A DNA stretch of 64,000 nucleotides. Source: an uncultured bacterium (lineage in GTDB: Bacteria > Verrucomicrobiota > Verrucomicrobiia > Verrucomicrobiales > DEV007). Numbering within the stretch: the first letter of the stretch is position 1; each line of letters opens with the position of its first letter. The stretch is taken from positions 20,326-84,325 of the forward strand of contig CAXBMO010000028.1 of the NCBI GenBank assembly GCA_963977015.1, in the 5' to 3' direction. Below the pieces are notes generated by a model that saw only the letters and a program-made list of their open reading frames with translations, did not search any database and was not told where the DNA came from. Made by a program: the position numbers and the translations under genes. This document shows, piece by piece, positions 39,174 through 50,786 of the stretch.

Positions 39174-39617
39174 ATGAGTGAAGTAGGCATACCTAGCGGC
39201 GAAACCAGTGAGCGCCAAGTGCTTCTGGTTCACGAAGATGTGGCAACGATGCGTCTTGTCCGCGAGGCCCTGGAAAGTTTCACCGTCAGCACGGTCGATT
39301 CCAGCCCAAACGCCGTCTACGCATTCGAGCGCGCGTTGCAGAAACCTTACGACCTGTTCGTCTTCAGCCTTTCGCTTCCGGAAATCCACGGCGAGCTGCT
39401 CTACGAATTGATCGCCAAGGCCTACCAACATTGTCATGCCGGATCGCGAACCGCTCCCGCGATCATCTACCTGGGCGAACAACGCCACGCGGCGCGGGTC
39501 GATGAATTGCAACGCGATGCCCGGGTCAAAGGCGTCGTAATGCGTCCCATCCGGCTCGACACGTTCCTCAAAAAGGCGCACCAAGTCTTGCCGGCCAAGG
39601 ATCCGGCCCAGTTCTAG
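39174..39617 (+). CDS. Atypical (pseudo-)receiver domain protein
   Basis: CheY-like pattern VLLVHED..YDLFVFSLSLPEIHG..MRP; the phospho-Asp and the conserved Lys are replaced. Confidence 0.7.
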   Translation: MSEVGIPSGETSERQVLLVHEDVATMRLVREALESFTVSTVDSSPNAVYAFERALQKPYDLFVFSLSLPEIHGELLYELIAKAYQHCHAGSRTAPAIIYLGEQRHAARVDELQRDARVKGVVMRPIRLDTFLKKAHQVLPAKDPAQF

Positions 39618-39624
39618 AGGGAGC

Positions 39625-40674
39625 CTACTTCCCGCTTTCCGTCGCCGCATCGTCCGTCGCCAACTCAGCGATTTTCTCGACGTCCCAGACCGCACCCTGC
39701 CCTCGACGCTGTGACGCAAGCCAGTTGAGCGCCGCCTCGTGGATGATTTCGTGCCCGCCCTCAAAAATCGTCAACCGCGTGTTGCCGTTGGCCTGACGGA
39801 ACACCGGTTGGCGGCTCCCGTAGAGCTCATCCGTTCCGGCAAAGGGCACTGGAGCCTTTTGCGTTTCGTAAAAACCCGCCATCACTGGCGCAGAAAGCCT
39901 CCCGGACTCCGGGACCACCGCGTTCCAGGCCTGAAGAGAATGGGAAAACGGAACACTGCCGATTCGCCCGTCGTGAACCCCGTGATTGATGTCGAGCGGA
40001 ACCCCCGACGCCGCGCTCAGCCACGTCAACGGCGATCGATTCCGGGCGGATTGTAGTCGATCCGGATCGTCGGCCGGCGATCCCCCCAGCGCCAATTCAA
40101 TGTGTTCGGCGTAACGCACAAATTGCTCGTTTGCGGTGCATTGCTGATGCCACGCCGCGATATCGGAGATCCCGCACCACGCAGAAACACCCGCCCACAA
40201 TTTCGGCGCGCGGCCCGCCATCAACAGCGACATATGTCCACCCCCGGAAACTCCAATCAGATAGATCCGCGCTTCATCGATCGAGGCTTCCTGCTTCGCA
40301 AATTCGACGGCGCTGAGCACGTCCGCCACGGCCAGATCGGAACCCATCGCCTCCGGCGTCCAGTTCGGGCCCCGGAAATTCGGATGAATGAAGGCCCAAC
40401 CCATTTGTTGGCACCAGTCCGAGTAATAAACCTCGTTCCCACTTTGCGTGAAATCGTAAGACCACGTGTGCAGCGCGACCAGCAAGGGCACCTTGCCCGA
40501 CTTCTCGGCGGGCTTCCAGAACAGCGCCGGTTGCAGGCTCTTGTCGCCAGCCGAAACGAATTCGACCCTCTCCACACTTTCCGGATACCCCCTGGTGACC
40601 GGCTGATCTGCGATTGACGACATCTCCATGATCATGACAACAAGGAATACGGCGGGGAATTGGAAAACTCTCAT
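39625..40674 (-). CDS. Alpha/beta hydrolase (S9 peptidase/esterase-like)
   Basis: GVSGGG nucleophile elbow, HGVHD and GGHE. Confidence 0.85.
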   Translation of the reverse strand: MRVFQFPAVFLVVMIMEMSSIADQPVTRGYPESVERVEFVSAGDKSLQPALFWKPAEKSGKVPLLVALHTWSYDFTQSGNEVYYSDWCQQMGWAFIHPNFRGPNWTPEAMGSDLAVADVLSAVEFAKQEASIDEARIYLIGVSGGGHMSLLMAGRAPKLWAGVSAWCGISDIAAWHQQCTANEQFVRYAEHIELALGGSPADDPDRLQSARNRSPLTWLSAASGVPLDINHGVHDGRIGSVPFSHSLQAWNAVVPESGRLSAPVMAGFYETQKAPVPFAGTDELYGSRQPVFRQANGNTRLTIFEGGHEIIHEAALNWLASQRRGQGAVWDVEKIAELATDDAATESGK

Positions 40675-40801
40675 GCGTTCCTTTCACTCACGGAAGCCAC
40701 TTTCTTCTTCAACCGAATGACAAAAAAATTCGTCAAACCCACGACTCCCCGGTTTGATGATTGCTTCAGATCCAGAGAAGTCTATCGTTCCACCCGCATC
40801 C

Positions 40802-42001
40802 ATGGCCTCGAAAGATTCGCAACCCTCCTCACCCAACCATTCCTCCAAAGGGCCATCTCTCGCCGAGGCACTGCAGAACCCCCAAAGCGCGGTTCTCATC
40901 ATCCTCTCCGCGCTCGGGTTGATCATGTTCGGCGTGCTCCTGGGCGAAGCGGTTGAAGGCCTGAAATCGGCGACTCAACCCGGCGATCGCATCTTCATCA
41001 TTTGGCCGACAATTCTCGGGATCGGACTTTGGGGCTGGATGCTCATCGAACGCAGTTTCGTCCATGCGGACCCCACCTTGGAAATCATCGTGCGCCGCGC
41101 CGGCGTCCTGGGATTGGGCATCGTTCTCTGTCGCGACATGGATCCCGGCATCATCCTCGCCGCCATGGCAGGCTACGCGATTTGCGGCGTCCGCACGCGA
41201 TTCCTCCTCACGCTCGCCGCCCTCACCGCCCTGGTCCTCTTTCCCACTTTGCAATCCTGGCTCCAAACCGGGTGGCTCAACAAGATTGGCGTTCGCGACT
41301 TTGCCGGCGATTCCCTCCACATCCTCGCCGGAATGATCGGCGTCGTCGTCCTGACGGGAACGCGATGGGCCAATGGTCAGGCGATTCCTCGTGAAAAAAT
41401 GCGCAAGGACCGCGCCTTCTCCGCCATTCTCGGGCTCATCCTCATTCAACTCGCCTTCGCCGCCGTCCTCGGCCGTCAAGCCTACCGCGAATCCTACCTC
41501 CTCGCGCAAACCGTGGTCACCAACGGAGTCGCCGCCACGCTCGCGGGTGGCATCGTCGCCTGGCTCTTCCACCTTCGCCTTCCGATTCGCCCCCGGATTC
41601 ACATGATCCTCTTTGGCAACATCGCCGGATGGGTCGTCATCTCCGGCGGCGCGAACCATTATTCGGTCAGCCAGTCGCTCGTTTTCGGCGGGCTGGCCGC
41701 CGCGACCATGGTGATGATTCTCTTCATCCTCGATACCCTGGAACTGCGCGACCCCTTTGCCCTCGTCCCGATCCATCTCGCCTGTGGAACGCTCGGCCTC
41801 CTTCTCGTTCCCGCCGGAGCCGGTTCCGACGCCCACCTCGTCATGCAGCTCGTCGCCGTCTTCTCGATTGCCGTCCCCGCCTTCGCCATCGGCTGCCTCG
41901 TCGTGCTTCCCTTCGTCAAGACCAAGCTGCTCTCCAAATATGACCCCACCCTGCTGAGCAAAAAACGTCAGGCCAAGGCGGCGGAGGCGACCTCTTCGTA
42001 A
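40802..42001 (+). CDS. Divergent ammonium transporter (Amt)-like protein
   Basis: GWL..IGVRDFAG.SLH; GNIAGWVVISGGA; RDPFALVPIHLACGTLG. Confidence 0.7.
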   Translation: MASKDSQPSSPNHSSKGPSLAEALQNPQSAVLIILSALGLIMFGVLLGEAVEGLKSATQPGDRIFIIWPTILGIGLWGWMLIERSFVHADPTLEIIVRRAGVLGLGIVLCRDMDPGIILAAMAGYAICGVRTRFLLTLAALTALVLFPTLQSWLQTGWLNKIGVRDFAGDSLHILAGMIGVVVLTGTRWANGQAIPREKMRKDRAFSAILGLILIQLAFAAVLGRQAYRESYLLAQTVVTNGVAATLAGGIVAWLFHLRLPIRPRIHMILFGNIAGWVVISGGANHYSVSQSLVFGGLAAATMVMILFILDTLELRDPFALVPIHLACGTLGLLLVPAGAGSDAHLVMQLVAVFSIAVPAFAIGCLVVLPFVKTKLLSKYDPTLLSKKRQAKAAEATSS

Positions 42002-42068
42002 TGTCGCAGCGGCTAACTAACCGGTTGGCTGCTCCTCCTCGAGAAAGCGCTTCTCGGCTGGCGCAGGT

Positions 42069-42458
42069 TCAAAACGCGAGTTCGCCTTTGATGTCAGGCG
42101 TCCACCTATCCAGTGACTTCTCGCTTCCTTCCAACACGTATTTCACATCGATACTCGTCCCCTTCGGCCGAACAAAAATCGTCTCGTGAACCGTGACCTC
42201 GCCGTGATCCTCACCACCCAACGCAATCCAATCATTCTCATGGCCGCTCGGAGTGATATACCGAAAGGAAAAATCGGTCACCGCCATGGCGCTGTCGTGT
42301 TGGAAGCTCAGCAGGTTTCCTCCGGGTGTAAAGGTCAATGATGCCGTGATCCCCGCATCCGCCCATTCCATCCTCGCCAACGCATCGTCACCCGGCGATT
42401 CCCGGTCCGAGCAGCCACAAAACGGTAGAATCGCCAACACTAGCAATAGGGATTTCAT
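42069..42458 (-). CDS. Hypothetical lipoprotein (probable gene cassette)
   Basis: MKSLLLVLAILPFCGC lipobox; lies downstream of a GTTCGGC core site. Confidence 0.7.
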   Translation of the reverse strand: MKSLLLVLAILPFCGCSDRESPGDDALARMEWADAGITASLTFTPGGNLLSFQHDSAMAVTDFSFRYITPSGHENDWIALGGEDHGEVTVHETIFVRPKGTSIDVKYVLEGSEKSLDRWTPDIKGELAF

Positions 42459-42537
42459 GAGGCCAAGCTAGCAAACGGGCGAGAGCCGCGACAAGACAAT
42501 CCGGGTAAGGAACCGCAGAAACTCCTCGCGTTCTCTC

Positions 42538-42702
42538 GCCGAACGTCCAACGGCAGTTCCTCAATGTGCAATTGGCAGTCGTGTCAGCTTCACCAAACAA
42601 CCCAACCCTCAGAGACTTTTACCAACAGTTGATCACGGTCCTTCACAAGCTACTCGCCACCCCTTCATTACTCTGGCCCGGAGCCACCACTGCTTGTTCG
42701 CC
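42538..42702 (-). other. Degenerate attC-like site
   Basis: Minus strand GGCGAACAAG...TTGGACGTTCGGC: ends resemble the intact attC sites, interior poorly paired. Confidence 0.45.
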
Positions 42703-43243
42703 TTTTTGTGGGGTTGGCGAGAATGCTCTGAATCTTCGATGTGATCTCTTCTAAACTCTGAGAATGCCGCACCTCAATGAAATGATCGCAATGCCCGATT
42801 AGGAAATCTCTGTCCATGACTCTGTTGCGGGTTCTTCCAGAACGGTCTTCGTATGCCAACGCCCACTCCATAAAAAGCGTTTTCTCTGTGTGCATATCCC
42901 CACCCACGTCGATCCTGTCCCCGAAACGTTCGCGCTCCCGTAATTCAAGGCGTCGCATGCGAACCTTCTTCGGGATATCCATGAATACTCCGAAATGGAT
43001 GGTCGGCAGGTCAACATCCCATGTCGCGATCGAACCGCTGAGAATCCAGTCCGACGACTGAGCCAGTGCCTCGGAGAGCAACCGTCTTCTCTCGACCGGT
43101 GAATACTGTTCTTGGAATGGAGGGTTGGTAGGCTTGTGGAAGAAGGAATCCGAATCCAGGACTGGAATCCCCAGCCTGTCACCGAGTAGCTTCGCAGTGG
43201 ATGTGCATCCTGAACCTGGGCCGCCGCTGATCAAGACGCACAT
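42668..43243 (-). CDS. P-loop (adenylate-kinase-like) protein, gene cassette
   Basis: ISGGPGSGCTS, LDSDSFF, WILSGS and RLELRERERFGDRI; ATG 7 nt after the restored GTTAGGC core. Confidence 0.8.
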   Translation of the reverse strand: MCVLISGGPGSGCTSTAKLLGDRLGIPVLDSDSFFHKPTNPPFQEQYSPVERRRLLSEALAQSSDWILSGSIATWDVDLPTIHFGVFMDIPKKVRMRRLELRERERFGDRIDVGGDMHTEKTLFMEWALAYEDRSGRTRNRVMDRDFLIGHCDHFIEVRHSQSLEEITSKIQSILANPTKRRTSSGGSGPE

Positions 43244-43254
43244 TTTCTTAGCCT

Positions 43255-43833
43255 ATCAAGGTAGGAACACCGGTTGCCCGACGCCCTTTCACAGATCCCG
43301 AAGTGCGGATTTCCCGCACCGGGCTCCTCGGAGAATCGCGCAGGTTCACGCAGATTCGTTCTGAAGTCCTTTCGGCTTCCCATTGGTTGATACGATGGCT
43401 GGATTTCGTTCACAAGGCAAGACGGGGTTGATAGGCCAGGTCGATTTCTTCCAACACCCTTGCAGGTAGCAGTTGCCAGATCGCAGTCCACCGTGCTTTC
43501 AGCATCTCCCAGGTCAAGCTCTTGCGCTGGCTTCGCCGGTTGAGCCACTTAAAGATCAAATTATCTCCCCGTGTCATCACATCTTCGTCTTTCTCCGCTC
43601 GGACTTCCAGCCCGGCGGGTCTGACGCCTCATCCTGTGTACGCCTCCTCCATGCTGTTTCGCCAGCCATCCGCTGCAAGAGCGAATGGAAACACCCCTTG
43701 GTCACGCGGCGGCTTCCGCGAATTTTCTCCGGCTTGGCTAACATGAACGCAACACTCGGTAGTGACTACTCGCCAGGTTTTATCACAGAATAACTTTCCT
43801 ATCATAAGAAACGCCTCGCTTCGCTTGGCGCAC
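43255..43833 (-). mobile_element. Internally deleted group II intron (579 nt, class E/F-like) inserted in an attC R' site
   Basis: 5' end GTGCG at 43833. Domain V GAGCCCGGTGCGGGAAATCCGCACTTCGGGATC (about 43326-43294). Domain VI with CCTAC branch A, ending TTGAT at 43255. Removing the element restores GTT|AGGC. Confidence 0.9.
43410..43577 (-). pseudogene. C-terminal maturase (domain X) remnant of the intron-encoded reverse transcriptase
   Basis: Manual translation MTRGDNLIFKWLNRRSQRKSLTWEMLKARW...; KWLNRRSQRKS.TW is a typical maturase motif. RT domains are absent. Confidence 0.85.
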
Positions 43834-43955
43834 AACGTCAAGAATGAGTCACCTGCCACCGAGAACACGCGTAAATTGGAACAATAATGTTCGAACTGCA
43901 GCCATGCGTCAACGCCACCACTGGGCGCAGGTTGATCTCTACCCGCTTGTTCGGC
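43834..43955 (-). other. Integron attC site (126 bp when restored), interrupted at R' by the intron
   Basis: R'' GCCGAAC; GAG[A]TCA[A]CCTGC pairs with GCAGGTGACTC; R' is GTT plus AGGC at 43251-43254. Confidence 0.8.
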
Positions 43956-44539
43956 ATTTTTGGATAGGGTAGTAGTTTCGGACCCAGCAATCCCAACCAC
44001 AGCATTCCCGAAACAATGGATAGGCCGAATCCAACTCCAAATGGACGCAAGGTCCTGTGCTCCCGATGAAAGCGAAAAAGCGAAAAGGCCGCTACGAATG
44101 ACAAAGGCAAGAAGGTGAACGGCAACAAATGATGGTCCAACCCCAAAAACGTTGAAAGCCACGCTTCATCGGAATGAATCCCATCAAAAACCACCTTGCA
44201 CCAACGAAGCCCCGAAAGGGCAAAGGCAGAAAAAACCCACGTAGAATACCGCAAATTTGCGTTCTGATTCCTTCGGTTGCTGGAAAGCCACCAGATAGCC
44301 CACAATGCCAACACGAGCTCTACGAGAGGTCCAGATGCGGTAATAATGGCCAGGTTGGTTGGGTCTACTATTTGTGGCGGGAGGATCAGAGTTTCGGCAT
44401 AGGTAAGAATCGGATCAAAACCCAAAACCATCGCCGCAAAGCAATGCACGCACTCGTGGAGTAAAATCAGAATTGGCGGGAACACCCCCAAAATTGTAGC
44501 CGCAGCAATATAATGAGACTTTTGCTGCGCTGATATCAT
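43838..44539 (-). CDS. Membrane zinc metalloprotease (M50-like), gene cassette
   Basis: HECVH (HExxH) after a TM helix, ASGP and a downstream SD motif; the last ~39 codons run through the attC. Confidence 0.7.
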   Translation of the reverse strand: MISAQQKSHYIAAATILGVFPPILILLHECVHCFAAMVLGFDPILTYAETLILPPQIVDPTNLAIITASGPLVELVLALWAIWWLSSNRRNQNANLRYSTWVFSAFALSGLRWCKVVFDGIHSDEAWLSTFLGLDHHLLPFTFLPLSFVAAFSLFRFHREHRTLRPFGVGFGLSIVSGMLWLGLLGPKLLPYPKMPNKRVEINLRPVVALTHGCSSNIIVPIYACSRWQVTHS

Positions 44540-44559
44540 TTGTGCGGTGGAAGCGTTAC

Positions 44560-44586
44560 TTTTGCCAAACGTTTTATAGGCAAAAA
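44560..44586 (-). other. attI-like or first core site of the cassette array
   Basis: Minus strand TTTTTGCCTATAAAAC-GTTTGGC-AAAA; GTTTGGC nearly complements the cassette R'' GCCGAAC. Confidence 0.4.
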
Positions 44587-45393
44587 GCTTTCTGGACCAC
44601 TTCCATATTCAAATGGGATTCCCATGCTGTCGCCAGTGGTAACCCACTCCGGATTGTGGTGCGCGGTTTACCTTCATGTCGCAGAGGGAATCAGGTTTTG
44701 GCGCAGCCGTCAAGAGGAATGGTGTGAGGTTTTTGAGCCGGCGAGGAAACCGCGAAAACCAGAGCAAACCCGGAACGGTTTGATCATGCCATACTGGGCC
44801 GCCGACGGGTTTCATTATGCCATCATCAAACCTATCGCCTTGAGAACGCATTCACCCAATTACTTTGCCGAGTGCCGCGGGAGCAACCCCACTACACAAA
44901 CGCTCGCTGCGCAAACTCGCCAAACGACTCGGTGTCACCCTCCAGGAACTGCGGGATTATCACGACGCCAGTCCATCTGGTTTTACCTTCGCTCCGCTCA
45001 CGTCATGCTGCGAATGGCCCTTCTCCGGAATCCCGATCTAGGATACCGCTTCGCGGTGAGGCATTGTCTTAGCACAGCGCCTCCTTCCACTCGGGCTCAC
45101 CATCGTGGTGATGTCACCGTCACTGACTGAGCGCAAACAAGATCGATCCACCGCCTCGAATGTAACCGGCGCGAGGGCCGCCATCATCCTCCGCGTCATG
45201 AAGGCAAACGCCTACCCACCTAGCCAAGCCGTCCTAACACCTGCCGAATCGGCATGTCTTGAGAACATGCGGACTCGTCCCGCAGAGAACACGCGATCCA
45301 CTACCGTTCGTACTCCAATCAGGAGCTCAGGTGCCACCGTCCCGCTACCGATCGCATTGCTTGTGCGCGTCACCTTGGAGGGACGAGAGACGC

Positions 45394-45478
45394 TTCTCGC
45401 GGACTTTCAGCCCGCATTTTTTCGCATCCAAAATCCGGGGTTAAAACCCCGGACTGAGCACTTTCGGACTTTCAGCCC
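45394..45478. repeat. REP-like palindromic element
   Basis: Two CGGACTTTCAGCCCG copies flanking the hairpin CCGGGGTTAAAACCCCGG. Confidence 0.6.
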
Positions 45479-45542
45479 GGCGGGTCTGGCGCCTGGTTCT
45501 GCTTTTGGCCGCCACTCAGGAAAGGCACTCCCATTTATCGAA

Positions 45543-46718
45543 TCATTCGGGGGTTCCAACGAACTTGAGTATTTCCACCTTCGATTCCAACAGGCTATAC
45601 TCATAGGGAATCGCAAACGGCTTCGGCGAGGGTGGTGTGATAAAACCTTCATCCAACGTGAAGGGACACGAGGACGCTTCTTCGCTGACGATATCACCCT
45701 TTGAATAGAGCACTCCCAGAGGAGCTTCGTTGGGAAGAACATAGCGTATCACCCGTGGTCCTGAAACCCCGCTGTTGCATCCCATTTCGAATACGTTTGC
45801 TTCAGAGATAACCCGGCCTCTGACGCCAACCCGCATCCCCTCATCGTTGACATAGCCGATGACGTTGTTGAAGACATGGGCGTCCATATTGCGAAATTCA
45901 CCCGGCGAACGCCCATTGACCATCGTGTTGTAGAGGTTGTAGGCAATTGTGATCCGGCCTCGATCTTTGGTCCCGCCACTTCCGATCAGAGACGCAGTCT
46001 TCGTTTCGAAGAATGTGTTGTTCGAAAAGGTAATCAAATCTGGTTTGCCTCCGTGATTGTGATAAACCCCCAACGATTCGTCGGACATGCGTTTCCAAGT
46101 GTTGTTGTGGATCCAATAGTGCGACCCTCCCCAAATTTCCAATCCGTCAGTGGCGCCATTTTTGAAGTAGGGCGATTCGTATGTGTAAGGCCAACCCAAG
46201 TCTCCGACATGGGTGATGCCGACGATGATCACCTGCCCCTGCTGCGCATTGAGTTGTCCTGTTTTGGCCGGAGTCTGCACAGGGGGAAGCTTGATCCCCC
46301 GATCGTTGTTGGGTATTCCATACTGCCAGGTGATGGAAACCCCTCTGCCGTCGATCGTCTTATATTTGCCGATGGATGTAGAACCCGATGGAACGACCCA
46401 CGTCTGACCGTCGAGCGACGGGTTAAAATAGATCCACCTCGGAGTATCGTCGGTGATCGCGTTGAGGAGAGAGCCATCGGTCAAGCTTGTGATTTCCGTC
46501 CTGACACTATTCGCCCCGCCAATCGTCTCCGCACCGAACCCAAACCTCTGGGGCAATAAGCTCTCGATCCGCTGAGCGAAAGAAGGGAACGATTCAGATC
46601 CGGCGACTGGCGGCCGGTTTTCCGTAGCCATGGTTTGCGCAGTGCTGGGCGTCGACAAAAGCAGAACCCCCAAAAATAGGGCGCCGGAGATCAGGACTCG
46701 GGTTGTCGTGCGATTCAT
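45543..46718 (-). CDS. Secreted pectate lyase (PL1-like)
   Basis: Signal peptide; FGAETIGG, KTIDGRG, DGLEI..SHYWIHN, ITFSNN, RSP and HVFNN. Confidence 0.8.
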   Translation of the reverse strand: MNRTTTRVLISGALFLGVLLLSTPSTAQTMATENRPPVAGSESFPSFAQRIESLLPQRFGFGAETIGGANSVRTEITSLTDGSLLNAITDDTPRWIYFNPSLDGQTWVVPSGSTSIGKYKTIDGRGVSITWQYGIPNNDRGIKLPPVQTPAKTGQLNAQQGQVIIVGITHVGDLGWPYTYESPYFKNGATDGLEIWGGSHYWIHNNTWKRMSDESLGVYHNHGGKPDLITFSNNTFFETKTASLIGSGGTKDRGRITIAYNLYNTMVNGRSPGEFRNMDAHVFNNVIGYVNDEGMRVGVRGRVISEANVFEMGCNSGVSGPRVIRYVLPNEAPLGVLYSKGDIVSEEASSCPFTLDEGFITPPSPKPFAIPYEYSLLESKVEILKFVGTPE

Positions 46719-46863
46719 CTATTTCTTTGCAAGGCAGAACGTTTTCCAGGTGGCTGATCGGTTCAACAATGCCGGACGGCATTGGGCTGAGTTGACACAT
46801 TCAGGAAGGGGGTTCGTTGGTTTCGACCAGGAGGTTCCGAGGCGATGCGGAAATTTGCCAGCG

Positions 46864-48250
46864 TCAGGCCAGGATATCGGGAACGATGTTTCCGTAAACA
46901 TCGGTGAGTCGGAAATTCCGTCCCGCGTAGTTGTAGGTGAGGCGCTGGTGGTCGAGGCCGAGCAGGTGGAGAATCGTGGCGTGCCAGTCGTGAATGTGGA
47001 CGGGCTTCTCGACCGCTTTGTAGCCAAATTCGTCCGTCGCGCCGTGAACGTAACCGCCCTTGACGCCACCACCGGCCATCCACAGACTGTATCCCTTGTT
47101 GTTGTGATCGCGGCCGTTGCCGCCACCCTGAACATAGGGCGTGCGGCCAAATTCTCCGGCCCAGATCACGAGGGTATCCTTGAGCAATCCCCGCCGTTTT
47201 AAATCCGTGAGCAACCCGGCAATGGGTTGATCGGTCGCGACACAGGTCTTGGTGAGGTTCTCCTTGAGCAGAAAGTGATGATCCCAGTTAACCGGGGCGG
47301 TGACTTCCACAAAGCGCACTCCGGCTTCGCTCAATCTTCGGGCGAGGAGGCATTGCCTGGCAAAGCGATCATTCACGCCGGGTGCGCCGATTCCGTAGAG
47401 CCTCTCCGTTTCCTCGGTTTCGGAATGGAGGTCCAATACTTTGGGGACCTCATCCTGCATCCGATAGGCGAGTTCCAACGATTCAATCGCGCCTTCGATC
47501 TCCGGATTGAATCCATCGCGCTGGAGCTTCTGCTGATTGAGCTTTCGAATCAGTTCCAACTGGTCGCGCTGCTCCTGCCGACTAGTTCCGCCCTCCAGAT
47601 ACTTCAGTGGCGGCCCGGGTTCCTCGTCCCGTTTCAGCAAGGCGGCATACAGTTCCGGAATTTGGCCGCCACCGAGGCGCGTTCCCTGAAAAATCGCGGG
47701 AAGAAAGGCACTCCCATAGTTGCGCGCGCCTCCGAAGTCCGCCGGCGGGTTGAGGGTGATAAATCCCGGGAGGTTCTCGTTGCGGCTCCCCAGGCCATAG
47801 AGCGTCCACGCCCCCAACGACGGCCTGACGAACTGAAAACTTCCCGTGTGCATTTGCCCAAACGCCTGAGGATGATTGGGCAGGTCGGTCTGCATGCTGT
47901 TGATCAGGCAAAGGTCATCCGCATGCTTCGCCAGATTGGGAAACAGTTCCGAGATCCAGATTCCGGATTGACCGTGCTGGTGAAACTGGAAGGGAGATCC
48001 CAACAGGGTTGAGGCATAACGCCCGAGGTCAGCATTCTCGCCGGAGCGCCTCTGCAGCTCCGGCTTGTAGTCAAACGTATCGACATGCGAAGGGCCGCCC
48101 TTCATGCAGAGAAAGATGACGCGTTTAGCCCGGGCGGGAAAGTGCGTCCGTTGCGTGGTCGCCGCCTCCGCGGCAAGTGAGGCAAAGGCCAGGTAACCGA
48201 ATCCCGACGCGATCGACTTCAGGGCTTGGCGACGAGAGAAGCTGGGGAAG

Positions 48251-48261
<11 letters not shown>
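46864..48261 (-). CDS. DUF1501 domain protein (Tat-exported)
   Basis: SRRQAL Tat motif, AKRVIFLCMKGGPSHVDTFD, GEFGRTP and GRDHN. Confidence 0.9.
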
Positions 48262-50713
<2,452 letters not shown>

Positions 50714-50786
50714 GACTCAATCATGAGCGGTGGATCCAGAAATTGCAACCCAACTCGATCGCCCCGGCCGGGGCAGGAATTTAGGG

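Noticed and set aside
42011-42072. Possible attC after the lipoprotein cassette (GTTAGCC on the minus strand)
   Set aside because: A core-like heptamer is present, but there is no convincing R''/L-box pairing.
43204-43243. Walker A lacking Lys (GSGCT) as a sign of inactivation
   Set aside because: Related adenylate-kinase-like proteins commonly have a non-Lys residue here (GSGTT), so this is not evidence of decay.
43231-43793. Track ORFs 43231..43548, 43473..43793 and 43522..43746
   Set aside because: Spurious frames over the group II intron RNA; the meaningful frame is the maturase remnant at 43410-43577.
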